NCBI GenBank assembly: GCA_963575745.1
Contig: CAUYUJ010000257.1
Location: forward strand, 1 to 64,000
Origin: Prorocentrum cordatum
Taxonomy: Eukaryota
Direction of reading: 5' to 3'
Length of the DNA stretch: 64,000 nt
Shown one piece after another: positions 1-16,458 of this stretch. The notes below the pieces were generated by a model that worked only from the letters and a program-made list of their open reading frames with translations, did no database searches and was not told the origin of the DNA. Numbering within the stretch: the first letter of the stretch is position 1; each line of letters opens with the position of its first letter. The translations under genes were made by a program, and so were the position numbers.

Positions 1-565
1 GGAGGAGGAGGAGGAGGAGGGGGAAGAGAAGGAGGAGAAGGAGGACGAGGATTCGTCGGTGACTGTGTCGACGGGGGTGACGGCGACAACGACTACGAGG
101 GGGGAAGGATGAGGTTGCGGAGTAGGAGGAGGAGGAGGCGAATGAGAAGGTGGAGGAGCTGGGGGAGGAGGCGGAGGAAGGAGATGGGGGGGAGGAATGA
201 GGAAGATGGTGTGTGCGAGGAGGGGCGGGCGGAAATGAGATGCCGAAAAGATGGTTGGGGTAGAAGGGGAGGAGAGGACGGGGGGACGAGGAAGTAGGGA
301 GGACGAGTGGGGGGAAAGGAAGAAGGGAGGGATGGGGGAAAGGAGGGGGGAAGAGGGAAACGAGATGAAGGAAGGAGGGTGGAGGGCTGAATGGGAAGGA
401 AAAAGGCTGTGGGATAATGGATGACGGCGGAGGGAGAAGAAGGACGAGAGTAAGGAAGAGAAGGGAGAAGAGCGGGAAAAGGGACACGCAGGGAGGAGAA
501 GAGAGGCAGGGCATGGGGGGTAAGGGGGAGGGAACACGCAGGAGGATACAGGAAGAGGAAGCAGA
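1..565 (+). repeat. Purine-rich low-complexity (degenerate GGA) tract
   Basis: Almost exclusively G/A. Confidence 0.9.
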
Positions 566-2082
566 ATGAGGGATGATGGACTAGGAAGCATGATCACCAC
601 CCACCGACCCACCCCAAATCAACCCGAAGGCCGCAATTTGCCCCCCATTCCCAGTGGTGGAGGGGGTTGGAGTAACATTGGAAGGACACATGTGGAGCCC
701 GTGTCCCCCACGACACGAAACTTGGGTGTTCGGGTTGGGTTTGGGTGGTTTGGTAGGCAGTCAGTATGATGGGCGAGACATGCGCCGACACGGGTCCTAA
801 GACCGCCCCCTCTCTCTCGGAGTCAGTGTTGGATCAGGTCACGCATTCCACAACACCTCCCGCAAAAAACGTAAGGGAGCGCGATCCACCGTCGTTGGCC
901 TGAACAAGCTCCAAAAACACGCTGGGGAGGATCGCGAATCGAGGAGGGAGGGGGGGGGATGATCGAGGATCGAGGACCGAGGGGGCAGGGGGGGGGGTCC
1001 AGGCCGACGGTCGGGGGAGGAGCGCGGGAACGGGGGGGGGGGTCGAGGACGGGAGGGAGACCCCAGGGGGCACCGAGGAGGATCGGGGAGGGTCGAGGCT
1101 CGAGGAGGCTCGGGGGTCGAGGCTCGGGGAGGATCGAAAGGCGAAGGGGAGCCCGCGGGCGACGGCGGCGGCGGCCTTCGGGGAGTGGCGGCGGCGGCGG
1201 CGTCCCCGAGTCTCGCCCAGGCCCAGAGGAAAGCTTGATACACATGTGCTTCGCTCGTCCTAAATATGCCCTGGGACTGTTTTAATGTATATTACAATAA
1301 TTTGTTTGACTCCACGTGTTTTTGGTAGTTGTTTGTTTTGTTGTCTTTGTGTGTATGTGTGCGCTGTTAGGCATCAGCAGATAACTTACAATGATGACAC
1401 AGCTCTTCCTTCTTTTCTTTCGCGTTTCAAGCTATGTTTGTGTCAGATCAGTTGACTGCGTGGTTTAACGTTGTCGTCTACGGCGTCCTTAGTTTTGTTT
1501 CCTTGCGTCTAGTCCTCCCTACAGTACTGTTGTTGTTTTACCGCTGTTATTTCCTTATGGTCTCCTCCGGCCGTCGCTGCTGGCTGGTCGCGTCGCGGGG
1601 CCTCGGGGCCTGTTTCGCGCCAGTGCCAGACCAGTGTCAGGGCGTGTTTGCTCTTGTTGGTGGTGGTGGATTCTCATTTCTAAATAATCATTATTATTGA
1701 TCCCCCCCTCTGGTAACCATTGTATTTTTCAACTCGAGCCTGCTTTTTACAAGGGACGTTGTGGGGTCACCAAGCTGCGCCTCCTGGGCCCCTGGTTTGC
1801 AACAGCGGCTCTCGCCTCATACTTCCCTACAATATATTCTCAAGTCGCGCTCTCGCGCGGGACTTTCCTACAATGTATGCGGGAATTCCGCTCTCGCCTG
1901 GGACTTCTTCGCAATTTGTTCAGGCGACGCGCCCTCGTCACTCAGAAATTCCCCCTCCTGCTATGCTACTCTCTCTCTCTCTCGGATACACGGAGTAATA
2001 GCGGCCCATCGTTCCGTGTATCGGAGACACGGAGTTGTAGAGCTTCATTCCGTGTATACCGGCGCCAGGGGGCGTCGCCGGT

Positions 2083-2135
<53 letters not shown>

Positions 2136-2329
2136 GAACAAGCGGTTTTGAAGGTCGCCCAACCCCCCTCCAGCAACCAGCAACCCAGCAACCCCCCTCT
2201 CCCGAACGGCCTTCGTTCGGCCCCCCCCTGGAGGTGGGCTACGCCGCGTCCAGGGGGGAGTGTTTCCAACCCCATATGAGTCCAACCGGAGCCGAACTCA
2301 GCCCTACCAGGCCGTGTGGGATCTGTGTG

Positions 2330-2550
2330 GGATCCCATACAGGGCGCATGGGATCAGCGACAGGGATTTCCAAGTTGTCTTACAAACCCTGCAGGGTTTC
2401 CGTAGGGGCTCTATAAGGATCCCCTAGTTCTTGCAGGGTTTCCATAGGGGCACTATAGGGATCTTACAGGCCCTGCAGGGTTTCCATAGGGGCCTCATCG
2501 GGATCTTTATCGGCCCTGCAAGGTCTCTATAGGGATCCTAGAGGGACCCC
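2330..2550 (+). repeat. About 42-bp degenerate tandem repeat (ccctgcagggtttccatagggg...)
   Basis: 4-5 recurrences of the motif. Confidence 0.75.
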
Positions 2551-2764
2551 GTTGCGGAACCTCGCCAGAGCAAACATCGGAATCCGCTTGGAGTTTCGTC
2601 GGGAGAACGTAAAGAGAGCATTTTTGTTTGTTCGTTGGGTTGCTCGATTGCTGGGTTGCTGCTGGGGGGGTGCTTGCCGCGCGTCCTTGTTACCCGCCTT
2701 GCGTACTTATGGACGAGGTGGTTACAGCGAGCGCACGGGACGCGTCCCTCATAACCGCCTTGAC

Positions 2765-2783
2765 GTTGTTGTTGTTTTTGCTT

Positions 2784-2842
<59 letters not shown>

Positions 2843-5685
2843 GAACATTATTTATTCTAAGGAATAATTATTGTTGGGCCCCCTGGTGCGCGCCCCCCCT
2901 GCGCCGCCTAGGCCGCAGCTACATTTTCATCATTTTCGTGAGGAAGCCTCAGAAAAGAGGGTGTGTACAGGATCCGGTTGTTTTGTTGTAATCCGCTTTC
3001 CCTTGCAAAAAACAATAGAAAATGACATTTCTTGTTCTAATATAATCAAATTTCAAGAATCCCTTGCAAAAAATAAGGTAAAGTGTACATTCGCGCGCGC
3101 AAGACGAAATCCTTCCAAAACCTTAGTGTTCGCAGCGATTTTAACATAAAAACATCAAAAAACCAATGGTTTTTCAACAACAAACTGTCAAAATCTCATC
3201 CCGCGCGCTCTTGCGGATTCGTAGGAAACCCAACACTTTTTAAACATTTCTGTCAAACGGGCTTTTGCGAGGAACTTTTTCGAACTTCTTCAACAACGGT
3301 TGCGCACCTGCCAGGGCCATCATCCCTGTCAAATAATACCATGCGGGACACATTCGTTTTTTCTTCGCGCGCGCACGCCGAAATCTCCAAAAACCATTGG
3401 GCTTCTTAAGAATTTTAGCACCGCGCATCATAAAATCACACGAATCGATCGCACCGTAGGTCCTCGAAAAACACCTGCACGACTTTTCTAAATTTCTACC
3501 CGCGCGCGCTGTCCGAATCCTTAAAAAACCAATGGTTTTCCAACATTTATGTTACATGAGCTCGCGCGAGCTACTTTCGCACGCTCTTGCAACGAGGGCT
3601 ACGCATGGGCGGCGCCTTCGAGGGTGGCCACAATCCCCTTGCGGGTTGTCGCCGGTGAGGGTTGGTGGGGGAAAGGAACGGTGGGGCGGGCGATGCAAGC
3701 GCGTTCCGAGCACCCTCCCTACTCTCTTCTCAATCCCTTCTCACCACCGTTCTCCTCTCTTGTCCTGCTCCATCCTCCTCCTCCCCATCCGGCGGGGAGC
3801 GATGGCGTGAGCGCGAATTCCGGCATCGCTCACAACCATCGGGACACCCATCGGGACAACCATCGGAACAACCATCGGGACAACCATCGGGACAATCATC
3901 GGGACAGTCATCGGGACAACGATCGGGACAAGCACAACCATCAGGACAACCATCGGGACAATCATCGGGACAACGATCGGGACAACCACAACCATCAGGA
4001 CAAACATCGGGACAACCATCGAGACAACCATCGGGACAACCATATCCTCTCTCTCTTGTGTATTCCCACATCCCTCAGGAATTTGCCCTAAAGATGTGAT
4101 CAACTATCTTGTGAGTACGTATCATGTGTATCATGTGTATCATGTACCATATGCATCATATGCAACAGATGTTATGTGGAAGGCTTAACAACTTCTGTGG
4201 GTTAACAAGGCTTAACAACTTCTGTGGGTGTACGAGCGTAGGCTTAACAACTTCTGTGGGTGTGTACTCCACGCCAGTGTAGTAGCCACGGTCGTCCGCA
4301 GGCCACGAAGTGAAGTGTCCGAACGTCATAGGGCGGGAAGCTGGTGTGGGTGGTGGCGAAGAGTCGTTTGGAAATGTGGTAGAGCTTGAACCGGCCCCCC
4401 CACAAAGTGGGGGTATTGGCGGGCGTCGTATGAAAACCGGCAACAGGTGAACACTATGAGCGATCGGGTAAAGTGAATGTGTATTGAACATTATTTCTTT
4501 CATGAGAATAATATAAGTTGTTGGGACCCCTGGTGCGCGACCCCCCTCCAAAAACATAGGCCGGCAGCCTCCAATTCCTTCATTTTCTAAGCGAAAGCTT
4601 TTCAGAAAAAGAGGATTGTTAAGCCAGGATCCGATTGTTTTGTTGACTGCACGTTTTCCCTTGCAAAAAACACTATAACATGAAAATTCTTGTTCGAATA
4701 TAATCAAATTTCAAGAATCCCTTGCAAAAAATAAGGTAAAGTGGACATTCGTGCGTGCAAGACGAAATCCTTCCAAAAGCTTAGTGTTCGGAACGATTTT
4801 AACATAAAAACATCAAAAACCCAATGGTTTTTTAAGAAAAAATTGTCAAAATGTCCTTCCGCGCGCGCTGTCCGAATCCCACAAAACCAATGGTTTTTTT
4901 CAACATTTATGTTACATGAGCTCGCGCGAGCTACTTTTTCCTTTTCTAACATAATCAAATTTCAATAATCCCTTGCAAAAAATAAGGTAAAGTGGACATT
5001 CGCGCGCGCAAGACGAAATCCTTCCAGAACCTTAGGTTTCGTAGCGATTTCAATATAAAAACATCAAAAACCCAATGGTTTTTCAAAACAAAATGTCCGA
5101 ATTTCATCCCGCGCGCGCTGTCCGACTCCCACAAAACCAATGGTTTTTCAACATTTATGTTACATGAGCTCGCGCGAGCTACTTTTTCTTGTTCTAACAT
5201 AATCAATATTCCCTTGCAAAAAAAGTAAAGTGGACATTCGCGCGCGCAAGACCAACAAAAAACACGACGATCTCAGGAACTTGCCCCAAAAATGTGACCA
5301 ACTCCGCTCTCTCTGTCTCTCTCTCTGTCTGCTCTCTGTCTCTCTCTCTGTCTGTCTGTGTCATGTATTGTATGTCACAATTGCAGGATGCTGGGCACAC
5401 GCGCGCCCCGAATAAGTGACCAAGTTCTGTGGGTGTGTACCCCACGCCAGTGTAGTAGCCACGGTCGTCCGCACGCCACGAAGTGAAGTGTCCCAACGTC
5501 ATAGGGCGGGAAGCTGGGTTTGGGTGGTCGCGAAGAGTCGTTTGGATATTTGGTTAGAGCTTGAACTGCCCCCCCACGAAGTGGGGGTATTGTCTCGCGT
5601 CGCATGAAAACCCTGGCACTGGTGAGAACACTGAGCGTTCGGGTAAAATGATTGTTGTTGTTGTTGTTGTTGCTGTTGTTGTTGT

Positions 5686-5762
<77 letters not shown>

Positions 5763-5766
5763 TCGC

Positions 5767-5827
<61 letters not shown>

Positions 5828-5828
5828 G
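2765..5828. repeat. Composite duplicated repeat region: (GTT)n tracts plus about 250-bp AT-rich units
   Basis: Unit cccttgcaaaaaataaggtaaagtggacattcgcgcgcgcaagacgaaatccttcc... at about 3061, 4718, 4969, 5211. 2844-3050 resembles 4485-4710; 4250-4470 resembles 5425-5645. Relatives at about 47270 and 48270. Confidence 0.85.
3832..4041 (+). repeat. 12-bp minisatellite (acaaccatcggg)n
   Basis: About 17 tandem copies. Confidence 0.95.
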
Positions 5829-7504
5829 AACCCCGCCCGTGCGCCACTTGCACTGCTTTTCCACTGGCCGCCGCCGGTTCCCACGCCGCTGCCTCACCCC
5901 GCCTGGCGCCCCGGTTCTCCTGCCGCCTGCTGCTTCCGCCCCCCCAGTTGCCAGGCCCCGCCCGCATTGGCACTGCGGCTGCTGGCCCCTCCCCTGGGTG
6001 CTCCGAGACGCCACCCCGCGGCTGCTGCCAGGGGCTGCCCTTCAGCCCGGCCGCCCCGCGCGCTCGCCGCAGCCCCGCTGCGTGAGAGTGCCCCCGCGCC
6101 CGGCTCCTCCCCTCCGCGGCCGCCCCTTCGAGTTTCTCCCTCCCTTGTGCATGCGGGCTAATTCGCGTCACCGTGTTCCCGTCTCGCACAGACGCGCGTG
6201 CGGGTTGCCTCTGCCGCGCTGCGACGTAAAAAGTGTTGGCTCTTGTTCCGCGAGTTTAGCTCTGCGCGCGGAGCGGGAGGAATGGGAAGCATCAGGAACG
6301 GGATAGCGGGAGCGAAGACGGCAGTGAAATCAAGGAACTGCCTTCGACAAGAGACATGCGCACGCTAAAACAACATGATCCAAAACGACGGGGCCACACA
6401 CGCTAAAACAACGATCTTGCAAACGTTGGAAAGCGTATTGCCCCAGCGTGTTTGGCTGGTCAAGACCCAAAGCACAAAACGGTGGGGAAAAACCGCCCAG
6501 GGCGCTTCCAGGGCGAACGACGCACATGTGGCCGCGTGTCTTTCTAGCGGTCGGCCCTCCTGCGGCTGGCACGCCAGCCCTCCACATGTGGCCCTCATGT
6601 GTTCCGCATGCTGTGGGATGAGCTGCGTCTGTTTCCAGCCGCAGGGGCAACTCATGCCGTTGGCTGGTGATGTCTCGAATCGTGCGCCATTGAGCACCTG
6701 GAGGTGGCCTATCTCGCCGGGTCGGGGTCGGGGGAGGGACGGAGGGCGTGGCGAAGGCGTGCCAGCGGCACCACCGTGCACGTTGCCCCTGGTTCCGGTG
6801 CTCTTGTAGGAAGGCCCCAAACATTTAGAATTGGTGCAACACGTCGGCGCACGTGGGCGCCATCTCGTTGCGCTTGGGGAGGGGGCAGGCGCAGGAACGA
6901 GCGGAGGGCCCGAAACGCACCCCAGCCGCGGCGCAGCGCCAACAGCGGACACCCTGGGCCCAAGAGGGTGCCCGACTGTTTCGACGCGCGCGCCTTCTGG
7001 CACGGCCTTGTGCTCTCCTCCGGCGCTGGGCGTCCAGGGCAGCGGCCGCGCTTCGTGGTCACGGCCGCAGGGGCAGCACGGTGGCACCGGGAGGGGCGGA
7101 AAGGGACGGACGGTGCCCCGGGAAGGGTCCGGGGACCGATGCTGAGCCTCTGTGGTCTCAGCCCGCCCCGCGCCGAGGCAAGGTGAGGTGCGGGGGGGGG
7201 GGGGGGGAGGGGCGGATGGATGGAGGCCAGCGGGGGAGACGGGGTGCCCCCTTTGGAGGGCCTCCTTTCTCTCTTTGATATCTTGCTCTCTCTCTCTCTC
7301 TCTCTTCCCTCCTCTGGTCTTCCTCCCCCGCCCCTTCCCCCACCCCACTCTCCCTCCTCGCTGCACCTTCTCCCCTTCCTCCCTGCGCCTCTCCCCCTTT
7401 TCTATATCCCGTCCCAGTTTCCATTGCAGCGGTCTTTCGGTTTCGGCGTCCGAAAACGGGGGATGATATCAGAGAGGGGGAACATGAGGAAGAGGAGGAA
7501 GACG

Positions 7505-8919
7505 AGGACGATAATGATTATGATGCTGCTGCTGATGATGCTGATGATGATGGTGATGATGGTGATGCTGCTGCTGCTGATGATGATAATGATGATGATC
7601 ATGGTGGTTACGGTGGTGGTGATGATGATGCTGATGGTGATGATGATGTTGATGATGTTGAAGACGATGCTGACGCTGATGCTGACGATCCTGCTGCTGA
7701 TGATGATGCTGGTGATGGTGATGTAGATGAGGAGGAGAAGGAGGAGAAAGAGTAGGACGATAATGAGGAGGAGGAGAGAAGTGGCAGGTCTAATAATTAC
7801 AAACCCCGACCACTGACTACTACGGAATCTAATCATGGCATTCCAACACGTACTGTTTCAACAACCGTGCTCCATAATAGCACCCGTAAGAACAGTAGTG
7901 TGACTATTCTTTTCTTATCTATAGATTCGGCGAGTCACAGTCAGAACCGCACCATGGACGCTGCAGCCGAAAAGACGACTCCTCAATGAACACAATTCAT
8001 CTGGTCGCTATGATGAATCATAAGACGACGGGTGCTAATAGCACAGGGACGAGTAGAAGGAGGAACGCGATGACGAGCACGAAGAGGAGGAAGAGGGCGA
8101 GGAGGATGAGGCGAGAGGAGGGAGGCCAGCCGCCGAGGTCCAGGATCACCCTCTCCAGCCACGGGCGCAAGCTGGCCGGGATCCCGGAGGAGGCGGAACA
8201 CTTCTTCTGGGTGTTCCCCCTGAGCCAGGACGGAAGGGGCGAATGAGGAGAAACATTCGAAGAGTAAGGGCGGGAGTGAGGTAGGAGGGGGAGGAGGAGG
8301 GAGGAGGGATGAGGGAGAAGGAGGAGGAGGAGGCGGAGGAGGAGGAGGAGGAGGAGGAGGCGGAGGAGACGGAGGAGGCGGAGGAGGAGGAGGAGGAGAA
8401 ATGCCGCAGTGAGGGAGGAGGAATGAGGGAGTGACGAAGGAGGACAGAGGCAATGAGGAAAGAAGAAGGAAGGAGGGAGGAAGGAAGGAAGGGGGCATGA
8501 GGAAGGATGAATGATGGACAGTGGAAGGGAGGGAGGGAGGGAGGGAGGAGGACGAGGAGGAGGAGGAGGAGGAGACTGAGGGGTGGAACTGAATGGACCC
8601 CCTCGTGATGCGCATTGGAGGAGCAGTTAGAGGAGGATGAGGAGTGTACGTATCGACACGTTTCACCATGCTTGGGCCTATTATTGGACCTTGTCCGCCT
8701 CGATGTCCTGGTCAGAACGCGCTCCGACATATGTCCCATGGCTCGCTTGTTTTCTTCACGGAGAGGAGCGGAAGAAAGGGAGGGAGGGATTCAGATCAGG
8801 ATAAGGTTGAGGATGATGACGAGGATGAGGATGAGGATGAGAATGCTGATGATGATGATGATGATGATGATGCTGGCGATGTTGATCACGATGCTGATGC
8901 TGATGCTGATGCTGATGCT

Positions 8920-8950
<31 letters not shown>

Positions 8951-9210
8951 ATGATGGTGGTGAGGCTGATGCTGATGGTGCTGATGATGATGCTGGTGCT
9001 GATGATGGTGATGCTGATGGTGATGATGATGATGCTGATGCTGATGATGATAATGTTGATGATGTTGATCACGTTGTTGATGTTGTTGATGATGCTGATC
9101 TTGATTATGCTGGCGATGGTGTTGGTGATGGTGATGATGATGCTGATGCTGGTGATTCTGACGAGGATGAGGAGGAGGAGGCGGAGGAGGAGGATGTGGA
9201 GGAGGAGGAT
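7505..9210 (+). repeat. (GAT/GCT)n and (GGA)n microsatellite blocks flanking the 8144 exon
   Basis: Direct inspection. Similar blocks at 22530-23130 and 28500-29580. Confidence 0.9.
8144..8228 (+). CDS. Internal exon, unknown protein (ITLSSHGRKLAGIPEEAEHFFWVFPLSQ)
   Basis: ccag|G acceptor, CAG|ga donor, 27 of 28 codons end in G/C, embedded in low-complexity intron. Confidence 0.75.
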
Positions 9211-9570
9211 GGAGCAAGCAAGGAAGGACAAGACAGCAGGGCCGAGGAGGATGTTTTCCATTGATTTCGGTTTCTTTCGGGTATTGTCGGGCGTCTCTGG
9301 GGTCTTTTCGAAGATCTTCGGAGGTCCCCGAAGATCTTCTCACTCCTCTCCACCTCCTCATTGCGCCCCTACCTACAATCTTCAAGCCCCGTCCTCCTCA
9401 TTCCCCATTCCTCCTTCTCCTCCTCATTCCCCCTCGATGTCCTCCTCCCCTCGTCCTCAGTTCTCCTCTCCTACCGCCATGCCTCCTCTTCCTCTTTCCT
9501 CTTGCTCCCTCCTTCCCTCCCACCCTCGCTCCCTCCCTCCCCCTACGGAGGGGGGGAGGTAGAGGAGTGG

Positions 9571-12230
<2,660 letters not shown>

Positions 12231-13766
12231 GTAGCAGCAGTGGGAGAAGGAGGGGGGAGGAGGAGGAGGAGGAGGAGGAGGAGGATAGAGGAGGAGAAGG
12301 GGGAGGAGGATGGAGGAGGGAGGAGGAGGAGGAGGAGGTGGGGGAGGGAGGAGGAGGGAGGGGGGGAAGGAGGAGAGGAGGAGGAGGAGGAGGAGGTAGG
12401 AGGAGGAGGAGGGGGAAAAGGAGGAGGAAGAACTGGAGAAAGAGGGTCACTGACCAAGCTCTCAAGCTCTAGGTCAACGAACGGGCTGGCCGCCATTGGA
12501 CAGTCCTTCGGGGTTGGAGGGTCTGTCTATGCGACACACCTTTGGCTCGGGGAAAACCCCAGCTCGTGGCATGCATATGGGTGACGATATTTGGAATGGC
12601 GTCCCAGAGTGGGTCACGGCCGCTTCAAGGGGTGAGGAAGTGTGGGGGGGGTCCTCAGCGACACCATCAGGGGCCATCCTGGAACACGGATCGTCCCGAC
12701 TCGCCATGGTCCGGCCGCGTAGGCCAGGGGGAAACCGCCCTGTTGCTAGCATTCACAATATGAACGTTGCGCGCCAGACCCGAGATGGAAGGGGGTCAGG
12801 AGGGGTGACTCGTGCCTATCCGGTTGGACCCGTCAAGCCGAAACAACGGACCGCAGGCTAATTTGGCATGCTTGACAGTCGCAGTTCTGACATAGAGTTC
12901 CGCACCCCTGCGGAATCAAGACGGCCCTCCGTTTCGCGGAATCTCAGTGTCACTGAGACGGTGCATCACGGAATCGGTGCGTCAACGTTTTGGGGAGCGA
13001 GGGATTGTTAGACAAAGCTCATGCTATTTTACATGCTATTTTACCGGAGCCCTGTTTCGGGCGACGTCCTGGACGATAACAAGGGAGGGGTAGCACGCAG
13101 CTGGATCGTCTGGCGCCCACTCGGCCGTAGGCGCTCCTGTCGGGGAGTAACCGATCATCCGCTGCATGCGGATGGTTGTCCTGGTGCCGCCCAGCGCCAG
13201 AGGCGCTCCTGCTGCGGCGGACGAGGCCTGCCAGCCTGCCCCCCCGCCCTTCCTATCCCCGCTTCCTCCTCCACCGCTCATATGGTCTTCTCAGCGCGCC
13301 CCTCCCCTGCTCGTGCCCCTCCTGCACCTCCCCTTCTCCCTGCGCCGCCCCCCGACGCCAGGTCGCCCCAGCTCCGGCTGGCCCACTCCTGCCGAAGCTC
13401 TCTCCGCGGTGCGTGCCCCCCGCCCCCGCCTGCCTTCCGCGGCCGTCCCCCCCTTTCCTCCTGCCCTCTCCTCGCGGCCGGTTCATTCGTGCGCCGCGCG
13501 CCCTGGGCTGCCAGAGCGCGCGTGCGGATCGCCTCTGTCGCCCTGCGCCGCAAAAAAAAGGCCGTCCCCCCGCTCTCCGTCCTCCTCCCCCCCTCGTTCC
13601 CTCCCTCTCTCCCTTCCATCCGGCGCCCGCCCTCTCGGTTCCTTCTCCCCCCCCTTCCTCCTTGCCTCCCTCCTCCTTCCCCTCCTCCCTCGTTCATCCT
13701 CTCGCGTCTTGGCTTTTTTTGGTCCCCTCCCTGGTGTGAGTGCGCCTTCCCGCCCCGCCTCCCCAG

Positions 13767-13835
13767 GACAGGCAGGACGCCATCGACGTTCCCCAGGAGG
13801 AGCAGGTAGACCCCCTGATCCAGTTCTTACTTCAG
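13767..13835 (+). CDS. Internal exon, joins in phase 0 to the 8144-8228 exon (DRQDAIDVPQEEQVDPLIQFLLQ)
   Basis: Pyrimidine tract + ccccag|G acceptor, CAG|ga donor, high GC3, CCAGGAC direct repeat shared with the upstream donor. An alternative acceptor at 13776 is possible. Confidence 0.7.
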
Positions 13836-14109
13836 GAGACGGCCTCCTTCCTCGTCCTCCTCCTGCTCCTCGTCTTCGTGTTCGTCCCCCTCCCCCTCCT
13901 CCTCCTCCTCCCCCTCCTTCTCCTCCTCCTCCTCCTCCTCCTCCTCCATTCCTTTTCCTTGCAACAGATCTCTCCCTGCCGCACCCCGAGGCAAGTGTTT
14001 TAGGGCGGGCCGGGCGTTTCGTCTGAGACTTCTTCACCATGTATATATATATATATATATATATGTATGACCCTGAAGCTTAAAACATGGGCAACACTTT
14101 CACACATGG

Positions 14110-14495
14110 AGGGCGGGTGGTTTCCAGAATGTGGCTATCGCATCTGCGCCGTGCACATTCGTTTTTTAAATTTGCAAAAGCTTCGCGGATTGAGGTCGGG
14201 TGGTTTTCAACATGTGGTTATTTCCTTAGCGCCGCGCTCATTCGTTCAGAAGGCGGGCCGTTTTCAAAATGTGGCTTTCGCCTCAGCGCCGGGCACATCC
14301 GTTTAGGACAATTGCCAGAGCTTCGCGGTTTGAGGGCGGGCCGTTTTCAAAATGTGGCTCTCGCTTTAGCGCCGCGTGCATTAGTTTTAAACATTTGCAA
14401 GAGTTTCACGGGTTGAGGGCGGCTCCTTGTCAACATGTGGATCTCGCCATAGCGCTGCACACATTCGTTTCTGATCTTCGCAAGGGTTTCACGGA
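14110..14495 (+). repeat. 60-80-bp degenerate tandem repeat (gagggcgggccgttttcaaaatgtggct...)
   Basis: About 5 copies. Confidence 0.8.
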
Positions 14496-16368
14496 TTCAC
14501 ATGATTAGCGTACAAAAACTGGCGTTGTGGAAGGATTCAGAATTATGAGGTTGCAACCGTTAAATTGATTCGCGGTGTTGAAGTCCCAGGATTGGCTTTC
14601 TGGCACGATTCTGGATCGTCAATGCGCAACAGTCCAGTTGACCCGTGGCGTTGGAACCCCGAGAATTATGATTTGGCATGTTTCAGGGTCTTCAAACAGT
14701 AGTTGTCATCCAGAGAGGCAGTCCCTTCAGTGGGAATGAACCGTTGTAGGGGCCTATGACGAGGGAGCTTGGAGGGAGGGTTTTTCTTGGGTTTACTGTT
14801 GTCCTCCTCCACTTCCTGGTCTTCGCTCTCCTCCTCCTTATGCTCCTCGTCCTGGTGCTCCTCCTCCTCCTCCTCCTCCTCCTCCTCCTCCGGCTCCTTC
14901 CTCATGTTCCCCATCTTCACGCGTGAAAATGCGCTCTTGGCCACCACTTTTACCACATAGCTGAGGAAGTAGCCGCGAAGCAAGATGGACCGCCCCTCGC
15001 GCTCCAGCAGCAGCTTGATGTAGTGAAAGCTGCACACGCCAAAATGCCCAACGAACACTCTCTGCGTCCTCCTCTCCCTGACGCTGCTCGGCCCTATAGG
15101 TGGCTGACACCAGCAGCCAGGCGTTGAGTATCCTGAGACATCGAAGCCATCATGGTACTGGCGTTCCTTCTCCTCCTCTTTGTCTTCGTTTCCCGCGGGC
15201 CTCCAGTGCAAGTGCGCCGTGCCACAACGCTGGGTTGGGGGGGGGGCCTGGGCTGCCATGAGGCAGTTGTGCGGGGGTGGGCCTCCAGAGTGCGCTCGCC
15301 GATGGCACGTGCTGGGCGGAGGGAGTCTTCAAGAATAGTACGAAATAGTCTAGGGACGATTTTTGCTTGACTATTGCCATTGCTTGGCTATTCTTTATTG
15401 TTCTTCAAAGTCCGCCCGTAGGAGGACATGCCCGGCCTAAGCCTTGCCCCCCCTTCAGCACCTTGCGTCGCGTACCGTGCGGCGCCGTCACCCGGTTTGG
15501 CGCTGGGGGGTCTGGGCGCGGCGGCACAGCGCTGTCCTGGGGGCGGGGGGAGAGAAAAGGTCTGATGGGCTTGTTGTCCACCACCACCACCATAAGTTGG
15601 AGTGAGAGGGGGTCATTCTCCTCCTCCTCCTCCTCCTGCTTTTCCTCCTCCTCCTCCTCCTCCTCCTCCTCCTCCTCCTCCTCCCCTTCCTCCTCCTCAT
15701 CCTCCACCTCCTTCCCCCCTCCAACTTATGGTGGTGGCGGAAAGCAGGCCCATCAAGGTCTGGGCACGACGGAGCTGCGCCAAGACGAGACGAGTGCATT
15801 TGGGGGGGCCCGCCTGCGTCGGCAGCTCTGTGCCGGACTGCCCCGACAGGCCCTCGCGTCAGCGCGCCTGCCTGGCGGGCTGCCCTGGCGGGCCTGCCCT
15901 GCGTTCTCTCGAGAGGGCCGGGAGGTCTCGGTGGGTTTGAAAGTCGCCACTTTTGATTCTTCTTGAGCATCTATTCCAGGGTCATGGGGGGAGGGTGGGA
16001 TTCACTTTGTCCGGGGTCTCCCGAGCGAAGTGAACCCCACCCTCCCCCTCAGAAATCGTGGGGGGTAGGGGTCGGGTTCGCATGTGGCCCCCTTGTCAGG
16101 GAGTGGAACTGCATCGTGACCGCCATCGCGGCAGCATCACGACAGGCTTGCTTGTGTTCTCGTGTTTTGCAGATGTGGGCCTCAAGAGGCGGTCAACGGG
16201 TCCCAGGGCCATCAGAAGAACGACCCGCGGCGAGACACTGTCCTGGCGATAGGGTCGGGAGCTTGGGGGGCCGATTCCTGGGATTCGAGCCTCTCGGGAT
16301 TTTTTTTTGGAGTTTTTTTGTTGTTGGAATTATTTGGGAGGCCCTACGGCCGGTGCCGCCGACGATGA

Positions 16369-16458
<90 letters not shown>

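Noticed and set aside
4180..4262. CRISPR-like spaced repeats (aggcttaacaacttctgtggg x3; also 20350-20545 and 25350-25475)
   Set aside because: Few copies, spacers too short or related to each other, eukaryotic context, no cas genes.
14954..15029. Possible minus-strand exon FHYIKLLLEREGRSILLRGYFLSYV
   Set aside because: High GC3 but atypical AG|C acceptor, opposite to neighbouring exons, no partner exon found.
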